Position numbers and translations under genes: made by a program
Assembly (NCBI RefSeq): GCF_030684315.1
Contig: NC_081397.1
Coordinates: 13,726,421-13,789,065 of the forward strand
Reading direction: 5' to 3'
DNA from: Stegostoma tigrinum
Taxonomy: Eukaryota
Length of the DNA stretch: 62,645 nucleotides
In this document: positions 1-12,242 of the stretch, in pieces
Position numbering within the stretch: the first letter of the stretch is position 1
Layout: each line of letters begins with the position of its first letter
The notes under the pieces: generated by a model
What the model was told of the DNA's origin: nothing
Database searches by the model: none
Seen by the model: the letters and a program-made list of their open reading frames with translations, nothing else

Positions 1-499
1 AGCCAGCGACGCCCTCATTCTGTGAATGAATTTTTAAAAGTACACATACCAACGACGATACCTTGCACGGTTTTAGTCCTGTAGCATAAGAATGATGTGC
101 TGCAGGAGTAAGACCTACCAGTTTCACTGTTCACAGCATTTCATAAACATTGCTCTGTGTCTCTGTAACTTCCACACCATTTTTGTCACAGGAGGTAGTT
201 CGTCCCGTATCTGTCCCACATTGCAATTTTAAAGCATCTCCTTCTTTTTCAAACCCACTTGAGAGATACAGATAAATCCAGTTGCATCCAAAAGCTGAAG
301 AAAGAGAGAAAAGCAGGAAGGTTGAAAACCCATTTATTGTATCCTTTTTAACTCCTCACTGCAGTGAACACAATGCACAGCTCGGCCTCAGTGTCTGTGT
401 TGTCCAGAAGAAATTCCCCACCTCATGCAAAGTGTTACTCTATTACCAAGCAATGGACATCTCCAAGGCACCAATCCCACCCCCCGCTACCCCCCCCGC

Positions 500-625
500 T
501 TGATTTTCACCACGTCCACAAATGTCTACTCCCTCCACCACCGACACTCAGCACCAGCAGTGTCTACCGTCTCCCAAATGGACTGCTGAAATTCACCAAA
601 CATCCTCAGACAGCACCTCCCAAAA
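500..625 (+). mobile_element. degraded 3' fragment of a non-LTR retrotransposon (CR1/L2 group)
   Basis: Manual translation gives NVYSLHHRHSAPAVSTVSQMDC*NSPNILRQHLP, resembling the post-RT C-terminus of CR1/L2-group LINEs; in-frame stop. Confidence 0.4.
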
Positions 626-654
626 CTAAAAACACTTCCTCCTAATCATAAAAG

Positions 655-943
655 CTCCTGCATGTTTCAATGAGATGACTTCTCATTCTTCTAAACTCCA
701 GTGAGCCAAATCTCAAACTCATAAGACAATTCCTCCAACCCAGGTATCACACTAGTGAACATTTCCTGTGCTACCTCCGATGAAGTGACACCTTTCATGA
801 AATAAGAGGAGAAAAACTGCTCATGATGCACTTGATGTGGTCTCCCCAGCACCTGGGAGAGTTGCAGTAAGACTTCCATATCCTTATATTCCAACACCCT
901 TTAAGTAAGGGCCAATATTTTCCCTTTGCCATTGCTGATTACC
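655..943 (-). mobile_element. old CR1 LINE 3' ORF2 fragment, interrupted by the PLE at 957 and resuming at about 1892-2060
   Basis: ORF 691-897 LEYKDMEVLLQLSQVLGRPH resembles the CR1 motif EY.S.EVLLQLYRALVRPHLEYC seen in intact copies in this window. Confidence 0.7.
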
Positions 944-956
944 TGCTGTTTCTGTG

Positions 957-1878
957 CCCGCAGGAAATGCTACACTTGTCCCCACAACCGCAGGAAATGC
1001 TACACTTGTCCCCAAACCTTCCCCTGCAACCGCAGGAAATGCTACACTTGCCCCCACACCTCCTCCCTCACCCCTATCGCAGGCCCCAAGATGACATTCC
1101 ACATTAAGCAGAGGTTCACCTGCACATCTGCCAATGTGGTATACTGCATCCACTGTACCCGGTGCGGCTTCCTCTACATTGGGGAAACCAAGCGGAGGCT
1201 TGGGGACCGCTTTGCAGAACACCTCCGCTCAGTTCGCAACAAACAACTGCACCTCCCAGTTGCAAACCATTTCCACTACCCCTCCCATTCTCTAGATGAC
1301 ATGTCCATCATGGGCCTCCTGCAGTGCCACAATGATGCCACCCGAAGGTTGCAGGAACAGCAACTCATATTCCGCCTGGGAACCCTGCAGCCATATGGTA
1401 TCAATGTGGACTTCACCAGTTTCAAAATCTCCCCTTCCCCTACTGCATCCCTCAACCAGCCTAGTTCGTCCCCTCCCCCCACTGCGCCACACAACCAGCC
1501 CAGCTCTTGCCCCCCACCCACTGCATCCCAAAACCAGTCCAACCTGTCTCTGCCTCCCTAACCGGTTCTTCCTCTCACCCATCCCTTCTTCCCACACCAA
1601 GCCGCACCCCCAGCTACCTACTAACCTCATCCCACCTCCTTGACCTGTCCGTCTTCCCTGGACTGACCTATCCCCTCCCTACCTCCCCACCTACACTCTC
1701 TCCACCTATCTTCTTAACTCTCCATCTTCGGTCCGCCTCCCCCTCTCTCCATATTTATTCCAGCTCCCTCTCCCCATCCCCCTCTCTGATGAAGGGTCTA
1801 GGCCCGAAACGTCAGCTTTTGTGCTCCTGAGATGCTGCTTGGCCTGCTGTGTTCGTCCAGCCTCACATTTGATTATCT
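957..1878 (+). mobile_element. 5'-truncated Penelope-like element: GIY-YIG endonuclease end plus pLTR
   Basis: ORF 926-1561 contains FTCTSANVVYCIHCTRCGFLYIGETKRRLGDRFAEH (GIY-YIG-type) preceded by C-x-x-C repeats; 13-bp direct repeat TGCTGTTTCTGTG at 944-956 and 1879-1891. Confidence 0.9.
1784..1815 (+). ncRNA. minimal type I hammerhead ribozyme motif in the PLE pLTR
   Basis: CT-CTGATGA(1786-1792)-A-GGGTCTAGGCCC(stem II)-GAAAC-GTC-AG: both core boxes, GUC cleavage triplet, loopless palindromic stem III (ACGU), 2-bp stem I. Confidence 0.8.
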
Positions 1879-2697
1879 TGCTGTTTCTGTGTGCTGGCTT
1901 TCTGTGTTTTACGTATAAGCTCCCCCCACCCTGGCCAAGTTCCTTTGTGTCACAGTTTTGCAGTTTCTCTCCATTTCAAGAAAGCTCTTTTTTTCTGTTC
2001 TCTCTACCAAAATGATCACAGCTTGATGTTTTCCCAAACAGCCTGCTTTAAATCTCACAGTTATTTGAAGTATTCTGGTGGTGTTAAATTCTGGTACAGA
2101 TTCATTGAATGGACTCTGTCTGATGGGAATAAGCCAATGAAAATGGTCATTGGCCCTCATTGTAACTGATGTATCCACACAGGTGAAGAGTTGAAAATGG
2201 TTCCAGTGATCAGTCTTTGAGTTGATATTCCTAACTCTGAATGAGAAAGACTGAGATCAATTCCCATTTATTGCATATTTGGAAATGGTCACATAAAAGA
2301 TGTGCACAGCAAGACTTCAGGTTTTAAAATGGTTATCCAAGAAATTTGCAGGTGCCTCCTACCTTGTGTAATCCCATGGGCAGCAAGATTCACTAGAAAA
2401 TAGAAGGAAATTGAAATGTAAATGTAATTATTTCTGTCAGTGTCCTGGACATGGCGAAGCAAAGACAATGTCAAAGCCATGAAAATGAAGAAGCAGCAGA
2501 GGAACAACATATGCCCCATCTGTGACTCAGTAGGAACTCTGCAGTTCCACTGTAATGGAGGCAGAAATATGAATTGATATGAACTGCATGGTGACTCCAA
2601 TGGTTTCCTGCCCTTGTCTCATTCCACGTTAAAATCATGCTTTTGTACCTTAGTTAGGTAGCCACACTGCCAGAAGATATGGAGGCTTTGGTAAGAA

Positions 2698-2875
2698 GTT
2701 CCAGCCTTGAGTGACTGTCTGTGTGGAATTTGGACATTCTCCCTGTGTCTGCATGGGTTTTCTCCGGGTGCTCCAGTTCCTCCCACAGTCCAAAGATGTG
2801 CAGGTTAGGTGGATTGGCCATGCTAAATGGGCTGAAGAGCCTGTTTCTACATTGTAAGGAATTTATGATTCTATG
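2698..2875 (+). mobile_element. V-domain SINE fragment (HE1-like)
   Basis: GTCTGTGTGGAATTTGGACATTCTCCCTGTGTCTGCATGGGTTTTCTCCGGGTGCTCCAGTTCCTCCCACAGTCCAAAGATGTGCAGGTTAGG resembles the V-SINE core; CR1-like tail. Confidence 0.7.
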
Positions 2876-2914
2876 GAACGGTTTACTGGGATAGTGCCAG
2901 GTTCAGAGGGTTTT

Positions 2915-3265
2915 TTTTAATTCATTGACAGAATGGGGGTGGTGCTGGCTAGGCTGCATTTATTGCCCATCCCTAATTGCCCAGAGGGTAATTGAGTCAA
3001 CCGCATTGCTGTTGGTCTAGAGTCACATGTTGGCCAGAACAGGTAAGGATGGCAGTTTCCTTCCCAAAAGGGCAGTAGAGAACCAGGTAGGTTCCTCCAA
3101 CAATCAACAATGGATTCACGGTCATCAATAAACTCTTAATTTCAGATACTCATCGAATTCAAATTCCACCATCAGCCATAGCAAGATTCGGACCCAGCTC
3201 CCCAGACCGTGATCTGGGCCTCTGGGTTAACAGTCCAGCAATAATAACACCAGGCCATTTCCTCC
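2915..3265 (-). mobile_element. tRNA-derived SINE, probably Deu-domain (SacSINE1-like)
   Basis: About 350 bp, tRNA-like head on the minus strand, A-rich tail; homologous copies at 1-38, 37180-37480 and 55735-56095. Confidence 0.6.
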
Positions 3266-4214
3266 ACTTGATATTTATTAGGGTATTAGTGATGAGAAGA
3301 GACTGGGCAAACTCAGGTTGTTTTCACTTGAACAGAGGGGTGACCTGATGAAAGTTTATAAAATTATGAATGGCACAGGTATAGTGGATAGTCGGAGTCT
3401 TTTTTTTCCTGTTTATGAGACAGGAGAGAAAACACAGCCAACTCCTATCTGGCCGCTGCTCCAAGACAGAGGGAGAGAGACAGGAAACCTCTGCCAATTC
3501 ACAGCACTCACACACATTCCCACCCCGACTCTGTTTCTCTCTCTCTCTCACTTCTGCTATTGTTCTTAACCTACTACTCATGCTCGCACTTCTGATTCAG
3601 AAAGGAACACTGCAGTGTCACCAATTTGCATGTAAACAATTTTTGTACACGCAGTCTGAAAGTGTTCATTTGATATTTCCTGTGTTCAGCACATCCATAC
3701 TGTGCCACTGACCCATCTGTTTTTTTTAACAGCACAGGGTTGTTCATAAAAATAAATTATTAAGACAGTCAGTGTTGGCACAGGGCCACGAATGGGATGA
3801 GCTTGATCACAATATTCAGTAACACAAAAACTACAGGAGATGCTGGACATCTGAAACAACAATAGGAAGTGCTGGAGAAACTCAGTAGGTCTGGCAGCAA
3901 CTGTGGAGAGAAAGAGAGAGAGAGAAACAGGGCTAATGTTACATTTATAAACAGAGCAGTGATGGAGAAACTTTGCAGGCCTGGTAGCATTTGTGAATAG
4001 CGACAGAAAGGGTTAATGTTACGGATTATTACCAGTATACCAATCTCCTGTACAACTGAAGATTAACCTCCCATGTGAATGGAAAGCAATGTAGGAACAC
4101 AAACCCAGTCTAGTTCATTGTTCAATAGAACTGTGTGAAACACCCTCACTGTTCTGGATCTCGGCAACTGAGTTCAACGGCATCAATAACACCTCCGCTG
4201 AGAATGGAAAGGCA

Positions 4215-4665
4215 ACTTAATATCTCAATGGAAAGAAACTTCAGAGTGCTTCAGTGCAGGGGGATCTGGGTGTCCTTGTGAATGAATCTCAGAAAGCTGG
4301 CATACAGGGACTGGATTTAGTAAAGAAGGGGAGTACCAAGGTAGGGAAGTGATATATTTGTACAATGCATCAGTGTTTCTACATCTGGAGAACCTCATAG
4401 AGTTTGGGCCCATTTACTGGAGGAAGGAAGTAATTGTATTCGTGGCTGTTCAGAGGAGATTCACTTGATTGATTTCAACGATGAGGCCTTTGACTTCTGA
4501 ACAGACATTGAGCAGATTTGGCCTACTCTCTGGAGTTAAGAAAAAGGAGAGGAAATGTAATTGAATTTTATGAGAAACAAAAGATGGGATTGACAAAGAC
4601 GACAGAGCGAGGATATTTCCACATTTGGGACAATCTAGAACAAAAGGTTTCAGAATAAATAGCTC
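4215..4665 (+). mobile_element. old CR1 3' fragment
   Basis: Degenerate matches to the CR1 RT C-terminal region (GTTCAGAGGAGATTCACT, GGCCTACTCTCTGGAG, GGACAATCTAGAAC). Confidence 0.55.
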
Positions 4666-5579
4666 CATGAAGGCCAGTGTCCTGTCAGCAAGTTACCCTT
4701 CACTTGCACAAGCATAGTACATAACACTGACTCAGCTCCTAGTGTGAACAGAATCCCTGACATTCCTGTTTTTATCTGTCAGCCAGGACATTCTGGTCGG
4801 ACCAGGTTAACAGCCCCAGTCAGGGACGCATATTCTGTGAGATCCATCTGATTGACCACATCCCAATTCCTGGTGTTGGGGTGTGGTGGGTGCTCAGAAA
4901 AGAGACTGAGGGGAATTTCCATGCATAGGCAGTGGTGGATTTCGAAGCAGATATTTTAAAATTGTCAATGAAAATATGGTTCAGGTCAAATGCAGAACTC
5001 AACGAGAAAGCAGAATCACCCGTGCTTGGCGAAGGTGGTCATTGAGTACTGTCCAATTCAAAAATTCAGGCAAGCAAAGCAGCAAAGTGTATAGCGAGGT
5101 TGGAGAATTGGACATCTTTCAGGAAGGTGCAGGCAGAGATTTAAAACTGAGAAAATTGATTTTTGAAAGTAAGATGAAAAGAAACATAAACATAAACAGA
5201 AAGAGCTTCCGTGGATATGTAAAAGGAAGGAGAGCAGCTATCTGTAAGAAATGCTCCAGAGATTACAGAATTTTGGAAGATCAATGCATCATCAATGCAT
5301 CCAGTGTTTCCAGGGTAACTTCATTCACTGTCTGAGATGTGGATGATCAGGTCCTAATGGTTTGTCAACCTTTAACACCATTGTTTACCCCGGCACCATT
5401 CTGTTCCTAAAACTGATTTCATTCAGTTTTGACCTCCCAAGCTACCCTTGTTTCTCTAACAAGTCTTGGGGACTAACTTGGGTTCTCTAGTGGAGACAGG
5501 AGCAAGGTACGTGTTCAAATCTTCTGCCATTTCTTTGTTCCCCAATATAATTTCATTGGGATTCTGGCTGCATTGGATT

Positions 5580-5603
5580 TATATATATATATATATATAT
5601 ATA
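5580..5603. repeat. (TA)n microsatellite
   Basis: Direct reading. Confidence 0.95.
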
Positions 5604-6178
5604 TTTTAAACTTCTTCCTTTCACATCTTTATCAATATTTGTACAGTCAATTATGTTTTTTACTGCAGTTTTACTCTCCTGCATTATCTCCCATTCTTGA
5701 GCTTATATTTTCCTCTTTTTATGATTTCTAAAATATTCTCAGACCTTGGGCTTGCTGTTCCCTTTCCTCTGGTCATTTCATGTCTCTCCCATTTGGATCT
5801 ACACTCTCCCTAGTCTCTTTTATAACCTGTAGTTGACCAATCTTTCCTCCATTTTTATTAAAGTAAGACAGGAAGGAGTAATTTCTGTAATTCATGAGTA
5901 CCGTATTTAAACACGAAACATTTGCTATCCACCAGCAATTACTTCCGTATTACTGCACAATCCATCCTTGTCACTTTGTGCCTCTCACACTCATAGTTCC
6001 CTTCGTTTAGAATCCGGATCCGAGCTTCTGGTTCAGCTAATTGGCTCTTCACCTGAATGAAGAATGCTGCCAGATTATGGTCACTTCTCCCCAAGGGAGA
6101 TGCTCATAATGATTCATTTCTCATCTCAAAATATCATACCTAGAATCACCTGTTGTCCAGTTGGTTCTTCAAGGTGTT

Positions 6179-6308
6179 NNNNNNNNNNNNNNNNNNNNNN
6201 NNNNNNNNNNNNNNNNNNNNNNNNNNNNNNNNNNNNNNNNNNNNNNNNNNNNNNNNNNNNNNNNNNNNNNNNNNNNNNNNNNNNNNNNNNNNNNNNNNNN
6301 NNNNNNNN
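6179..6308. other. assembly gap
   Basis: Run of N. Confidence 1.
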
Positions 6309-6589
6309 GCAAGAAATACCCTCCAGCCAATGGTGTCCACATCCCACAAATGAATATTAAAAACATTGCATATGTATTCACGCACATGCTCATGGAAATA
6401 CTCCACCACTTTAATTTACATATTGATCGGACAAAAGAAAGTCACCCAAGATTACAGTTGCACTGTTATTGCTTAATCTCTGATGCCTTGCTTAGTGCCT
6501 CAATATGCTTGGAGGGAGACAAATGGAATTTTGTTGCAAAAGGATTTGAATATAGGAGCAGTGAGGTCTTGTTTCACATGCATCAGACT

Positions 6590-7381
6590 TCATGCATTTT
6601 GGAAGATCAAATTCAAGGGCGAACTATACAGTCAATGGAAAAGTCCTAGGGAAAATTGATGAACAATGAGATCTGGGTGTTCAGGTCCATTGTTCCCTGA
6701 AGGTGACAACGCAGGTCAATAGGGTGGTCAAGAAGGCATATGGCATGCTTTCCTTCATCGGACGGGGTATTGACTACAAGAGTTGGCAGGTCATGTTACA
6801 GTTGTATCGGACTTTGGTTTGGCCACATTTGGGGTACTGTGTACAGTTCCGGTCACCACATTACCAAAAGGATGTGGATGCTTTGGAGAGGGTGCAGAGG
6901 AGGTTCACCAGGATGTTGCCTGGTATGGAGGGTGCTAGCTACGAAGAGAGGTTGAGTAGATTAGGATTATTTTCATTAGAAAGACAGAGATTGAGGGGGC
7001 TACTCTTTGAGGCCTACAAAATCATGAGGGGTATAGACAGGGTGGACAGCAAAAAGCTTTTTCCCAGAGTGGGGGACTCAGTTATTAGGGGTGATGAGTT
7101 CAAAGTAAGAGGAGGAAAGTTTAAGGGAGATATGCGTGGAAAGTTATTTACACAGAGGGTGGTGGGTGCCTGGAACGCGTTGCCAGCGGAGGTGGTAGAT
7201 GCAGACACATTAGCGTCTTTTCAGATATATTTGGACAGGTACATGGATGGGCAGGGAGCAAATGAACACAGACCGTTAGAAAATAGATGACAGTTTAGAC
7301 AGAGGGTCTTGATCAGCGCAGGCTTGGAGGGCTGAAGGGCCTGTTCCTGTGCTGTAATTTTCTTTGTTCTTCTTTGTTCTT
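6590..7381 (+). mobile_element. young 5'-truncated CR1 nested inside an older CR1 (about 6520-6590 and 7385-7830)
   Basis: ORF 6703-7290 (KKAYGMLSFI...LVWPHLGYCVQF...FTQRVVGAWNALP); TCTTTGTTCT repeat tail; older CR1 sequence resumes with GAGGCTGCACCTGCAG. Confidence 0.9.
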
Positions 7382-7954
7382 GGTTCAGTGAGGCTGCACC
7401 TGCAGTCCTGTGTGTAGCCTGGGTCTCCTTAGCTCAGTCAAGATGTTATTCCCACCTACAATGAGCCATAAAGATTCATCAGACTTGTCCCTGGGATGAT
7501 TGCAATATCCTATGAAGAGACAGTGGGCATACTGGGCCTTTATTCTCAAGGGATTTGATGGATGAACAATAGTGTCATTTAAAACACTGTCATACAGTCC
7601 CTAAAGGGAGAGACATGGTAGATACAGGTTTCATGTTTGCAGGACACTAGAACCAGGCAGGATTTTAAAATAAAACGGTATTAGCTCTCAGACAATGGTT
7701 TATTTTGTTTTGCTTAATGGATTGTGATCTTTTAGAATTCTGATCGCGCAGGGGGCTAGAGCCGCTCCATCTCCCTATATGTTTAATATCGAGGCTGATA
7801 GATTTTTTATCATCCCAATCATGAAACTCTGCACGGAAATGTACAATTGATAGACTTGTTGGTTGAAAAACATGTTCTCTGAAAGAATGCAATGGCTATG
7901 AAAATATAGCATGTGAGATCAGAGCCTAGCTGTGGTTTGTCTCAGGGAGAGACT

Positions 7955-8785
7955 GCAGATTACAACGAGCTCTTGATCAATTGGATCAATGGGGTGACAA
8001 GTGGCAGATGCAGTTTAATTTGGATAAATGTAAGTTATTTGATTTTCATGAAACAAACATGGGCAGGACTTATACAATTAATGGCGGGACCCTGAGTGCT
8101 GTTGCAGAACAGTGGGACCATGGGGTTCATTTCTTTGAAATTTGTGTCGCATACAGAGAGGGTGGTTAAGAAGGAGCATGTTTGCTTTTGTTGCCCAGAA
8201 CAGTGAGTATAGCAGTTGGGGCACCATGTTGAGGTTGCATAGGACATCGGTGAGTCCCATTCTGCAGTACAGTGTGCAGTTCTGGTTACCCTGTTTTAAA
8301 CTAGAGAGTGTTTGGGAAAGATTTACCAGGATGTTGCCAGAAATGGAGGGTGTCTGTTCTGAAAATAGGCTGAAGATGCTGGAGCATTTTTCAGTGGAGA
8401 AGAGGAAGTTGAGAGGTGGCTTTATAGAGGTTTATAAAATCATGAGGGGCATATATAAGGTAAATAATGTGGGTATTTTCCCAACAGTAGGGAAGTTCAT
8501 AACTAGAGGGCATATTTTTAAGGTGAGGGGAGAATGTATTACAAGGAAATGAGGAGCAACATTTTTTATGCAGAGAGTGGTTCATTTGTGAAATGAACCA
8601 ACAGAAGAAGTGATGGAAGTAAGTACAGTTACAGAGTTTAAAAGGCATTTAGACAAGTCCATGAAGAGTATATGTTTGGAGAGGAAAGGGTGAATTGCAG
8701 GCAGGTGGGACCAGTTTAGTTTGAGAATACGATTGGTGTGGACTAGTTGTACCAAAGGGCCTCCTTCCATGCTGTATGATTCTTC
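7955..8785 (+). mobile_element. CR1 3' fragment
   Basis: WGDKWQMQFNLDKCK and PILQYSVQFWLP motifs in frameshifted ORFs. Confidence 0.85.
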
Positions 8786-9774
8786 GACCCTATCAGCAAC
8801 AACTGAGTCAAGTCTCATTGAAGCAGGTATGCCCAGCAAAGGTATCTGACATATTTGTGTTTCTATAAATGTCAGCTTCAACACATTTTATTGAACTACT
8901 GGTCCAGGAAAAAAAACAATATGAACAACGTTTTCAGATCTTGTAAATGCCATTTAAGTTGCAGCCTCAGTGAAGAACTGATGTATGTGACGATAGGTAG
9001 ATAGACAGATATGACATTTTCTATTTAAATTTCCAACATCATTTTTCAAAATTGAGTGCACATCCATCAAAATTGCATCATTTCATTTACAATGTAGCCC
9101 TGAGCATCGGTTTAATGTTCTTGACTTACCTTCATTACGGGGAAAAAAACCATTATTAAATGCTAGGATTTTTGTCAAATACAGTGCTCAGAATGCAGTT
9201 ACCCCTGGTGAGATTTAAAAGTTAAAAGAAATTTCAAATCACAAACCATTAAATCTTAACCATTGTAACAAAAACTCATTAGACAACAACAGAACATAGC
9301 AACCCTTTTGAAATACCAATCATTTCATGCACTAAAATGCTACACCAACTGACAATGCCCCTCGGTGAATTTGTGTCCAATTCAGACACACAATAAATAA
9401 TTTTCTGAAATACTTACACCACTGTTTTGATGGAATGGGAGAATCCAGCCAATGCTTGCCCTTCAAACCCTGTTGTCACAAAAGGATAGGTGTGGATTCT
9501 TTCCAGAAAAGAAACAGTCCTGAAGCTAGCAGCCTTTCCGAATGCTTCTATTTCCACACAGCATTGTGAACCACAATGCGAATTCTGCAAGAATCTTCTT
9601 TATTTTGACATTTCCCTTTTTTGATTTTGTTTTTGTCCTTTGAAGAACTTTCACCACAGCCAGAGGAGTGTTTTTGTTTCTAACGAGATGTGAGTAAACA
9701 GTGTTGCAATTGCCTGTTTCAATCAAGATAAAAAGAGAAAATATGCAAATGAAATTGTATTGGTATTTCAGATG

Positions 9775-9907
9775 ATAATGCGAACTGCAGATGCTGGAGA
9801 ATCCAAGATGACAAAGTGTGTAGCTGGATGAACACAGCAGGGCAAGCAGCATCTCAGGAGCACAAAAGCTGCCAAATCGGGCCTCGACCCAAGATAACTT
9901 TGTTATC
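9775..9907 (-). mobile_element. short PLE-pLTR-derived insertion with short inverted arm
   Basis: Shares sequence with 1795-1878 and 49887-50113; 15-bp direct repeat TTGGTATTTCAGATG at 9760-9774 and 9908-9922. Confidence 0.85.
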
Positions 9908-10239
9908 TTGGTATTTCAGATGGGTGGGTATCAGCGCTTCTTGGAAATGCATCTCACTCTGCAGTGTGCAATGGGCAGAACTGTGTGTGGATAGTTTTTA
10001 TTTTACACGTGTTAGGGCATTGTGCAACATTGCAAGAGTGTCATCACAATAGAGGTAATATCTCATTGAAGGCAAACTTAGAACTAGAATTAGAAGTACG
10101 TTTATTGTCACATGTACTCACGTACAAAGTATAGGAGTACAATGAAATGTGTGCAATGTTACCATGCATTGTGCCATCTTATTCCAAATGTAACTAGATA
10201 CAAATCTGAGGTACAAAAATAGATTATTTACAAAACTAT

Positions 10240-10690
10240 GTCCTATAGTTTTGGACTCCCCCACTCTGGGAATAAAGACCTACTCACCCTATTCATGCCT
10301 CTATGAGATAGCCTCTGATGCTTCATGGAATAAACAGCCAGCCTATTCAGCCTCTCCTATTGCTCTCAACCTCTCATGCTGGCTACATCCTTGTAAATCT
10401 TTTCTGAACCCTTTCAAGTTTAACAACATCCTTCCTATAGCAGGAAGACCAGAACTGAATGCAGTATTTTAAAAACGGCCTAAACAATGTCCTGTATAGC
10501 CACAAGATGATATTTCAACTCCTACACTCAAAGCATTGACCAATGAAGGAAAGTATGCCAAATGCCTTCTTTACCACCCTATCTACCTGAGATTCCACTT
10601 TCATGGAGCGATGAACCTGCACCCCTCGGTCTCTGTGTTCGGGAACACTCTACAGTGCTCCACCACTAACTGCATAAGTCCTTCCCACTT
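10240..10690 (-). mobile_element. CR1 3' fragment
   Basis: Reverse complement matches the CR1 RT C-terminal region; similar to 44300-44700. Confidence 0.7.
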
Positions 10691-10789
10691 CCAGACACTG
10701 GATTAGAAAGTTTCGATGCAGGAAAGCTGCTCCTGATGACCGGGGAGTCGAGAAACGGGGCTTGTAGTTTGAGGATAAGGTAAGAATAC

Positions 10790-11640
10790 AAAAGGTGCTG
10801 GAAAAGCTCAGCAGGTTTGGCAGTATCTGTGCAGGCAGTAAGAGAAACAGAGTTAACATTACAGGCTACAAATACAGGAAGTGTTGGGAAACTCAGCAGG
10901 TTTTGCAGCATCTACGGAGAGTGAGAGAGAAACAAAGTTAACACTTTCAAGTACAGCAACCCTTCTTCAGAGCCGATAGCAGCTGGGGAAAGGTGGTATA
11001 TATGCTGAAGATAATGGGCAGGAGGCAAAGGAGTGAGCAGATAGACAGAGACAGAGCTGAAAGAGAGAGAAAGAAAGTTCAACAGACAAAGAAATAATAA
11101 GTAATGAACAAAGGGAAGGGGAAAAGCTGATAATGCGGACCATGACTTGATGAAAATGAGATGTCGTGCTGAAAGCAGCCCAGGTCATGACAGGGTCTGT
11201 GCTGTGGGGGCTGGGGAAAGGACATGGAAGGAGATGTATCAGGCTCGGAAATGGCTGAATTTGATATTGAGCCCAGAAGGTTGCAGGGGCCCCAAGCGGG
11301 AGATGAGATGCTGTACTCCCAGCTTGCTCTGAGCTTCGCTTAGTACACTGCAGCAAGACACGCAAATGGAAATGTTGGTCAGTGTGGATCATGGTGGAGT
11401 TTAAGGGGCTGGCTTGGGGAAGCACAGGGTCATTTTCACGGGCAGAACGTAGGCGTTCCACAAAAGTGGTCGCTCAGTCTGTGTTTCATCTCCCCAGTTT
11501 GGAGGAGACCACATTGTGAGCAGCAAATGCAGTTTGAGTGAAGTGCAGGTTGATCACTGCTTCATCCAGAAGGTGTGTCTGGAGCCTTGGATGATGAGGA
11601 GGAACGAGTTAAGTGGGCAAGTGTTACACCTCCTGCGATC
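10790..11640 (-). mobile_element. old Penelope-like element 3' region (GIY-YIG remnant plus pLTR pieces)
   Basis: Minus-strand ERLRSARENDPVLP...HFHLRVLLQC parallels the 926-1561 ORF (EHLRSVRNKQLHLP...SIMGLLQC); degenerate CTGAAGA...GAAA motif near 10940-10970. Confidence 0.7.
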
Positions 11641-12242
11641 ACACCATCTGACAAGAGTTTGGTTTGACTTGCTGCCTTTGGTTCTGGTGAAACAGGAATT
11701 GTTACTCAGTCATTGGAAAGGGTACAGTTTGTGGTTGTGGTGAGTCAACAGGTTTTGGATCTTCAAAGAAAAGCCCTGTCTCCTCAGCCTTTGAATTACG
11801 AACACGATTTTCCTTTTTTCTTTCCATCTATCTATTTATTTTCATATGGATCATTTCTTCAGTTAGGTACCAATTTAATTGAAGTTTACAAGAAATAAAG
11901 AAGGTGCTAACGCTGCATTTCCAGGCCAGGAGTTAAATGAAAAATGTGTTAAAGCTGTCATTTATAGAAACACATATTAGTGAGATATCTTTACTGGACA
12001 TACTTGCTTTGATGAGCTTGACTCAGTCAGTGCTTATCTTCAGACCTTCCCAACAACAAGGGACAGCTGGGCTCTAACCTCACACACTTCATTTTCATAG
12101 CCACTGCAGTAATTCAGAGAACAAGTCTTTCAGCCAACAAGTCAATCAATTCCATTATTCTGTTTACATGATATTACCACACACATGTTCCTAATATATA
12201 GAAGAATCTTTGAAGTAACAATACAACAGTGAGCAGCTTGTC

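Noticed and set aside
926-1561. GIY-YIG ORF as a domesticated host nuclease gene
   Set aside because: Starts at TTG outside the element, is 5'-truncated, flanked by a TSD and followed by an ordinary pLTR
6064-6649. ORFs spanning the N gap, also 61997-62609
   Set aside because: Artefacts of translating N runs
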